DNA of 64,000 nt, from assembly GCA_043228905.1 (NCBI GenBank), contig JBHGNT010000013.1, forward strand, positions 10,664,001 through 10,728,000, given 5' to 3'. The translations under genes were made by a program, and so were the position numbers. The notes beneath the pieces are model-generated. The model had not been told where the DNA came from and did not search any database. It worked only from the letters and a program-made list of their open reading frames with translations. The DNA is from Azolla caroliniana. Its lineage: Eukaryota; Plantae; Polypodiophyta. This document shows, one piece after another, positions 63,730-64,000 of this stretch; position 1 is the stretch's first letter; each line of letters begins with the position of its first letter.

Positions 63730-64000
63730 TATTCAGCCATCATTTTATCAATCCAAACACTGGAATTTACATCTCACTAATTTACAACATGGCCGTGCAG
63801 AATGTAGGTACTGCATGCATGACCTTCAGATAAACAGATAATCACGGGTCACATAAGAATGTCTATGTACTGTATAAAAAACTATCACATTTATTGAGAG
63901 AAGAAATGCACCCTAAATGCTAACAAAACATCATATCCTTTCTTGACTGCCTCCAAATAAAAAAATAATTAGGAGGCACATTAAAATGTTGATGTGTCGT

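Overview
Plant nuclear DNA, probably from a non-seed land plant such as a fern (inferred from the retroelement types and gene style, not proven). About 1-47 kb is a dense nest of LTR retrotransposons. It contains: two near-identical intact chromovirus Ty3/gypsy copies in opposite orientation (A 1308-8357, B 33358-40437); a tRNA-Trp-primed, -1-frameshifting gypsy with fungal-like motifs (H) and a non-autonomous relative (C); a non-coding element with an apparent self-priming PBS (E); Tnt1-like copia elements (D, G, K); several solo or partial LTRs; and an L1 LINE relic. About 48-64 kb holds three intron-containing genes: a U11/U12-48K homologue, a prolyl 4-hydroxylase and a small conserved protein on the minus strand. 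The most unusual signals are tRNA-like A-box/B-box cassettes in the same divergent position in U3 of several LTR families, a Tf1-type self-priming PBS, two aberrant integration ends, a hairpin-array leader and a degenerate CHHC finger in U11-48K. All coordinates and alignments were read by eye; no searches were run.
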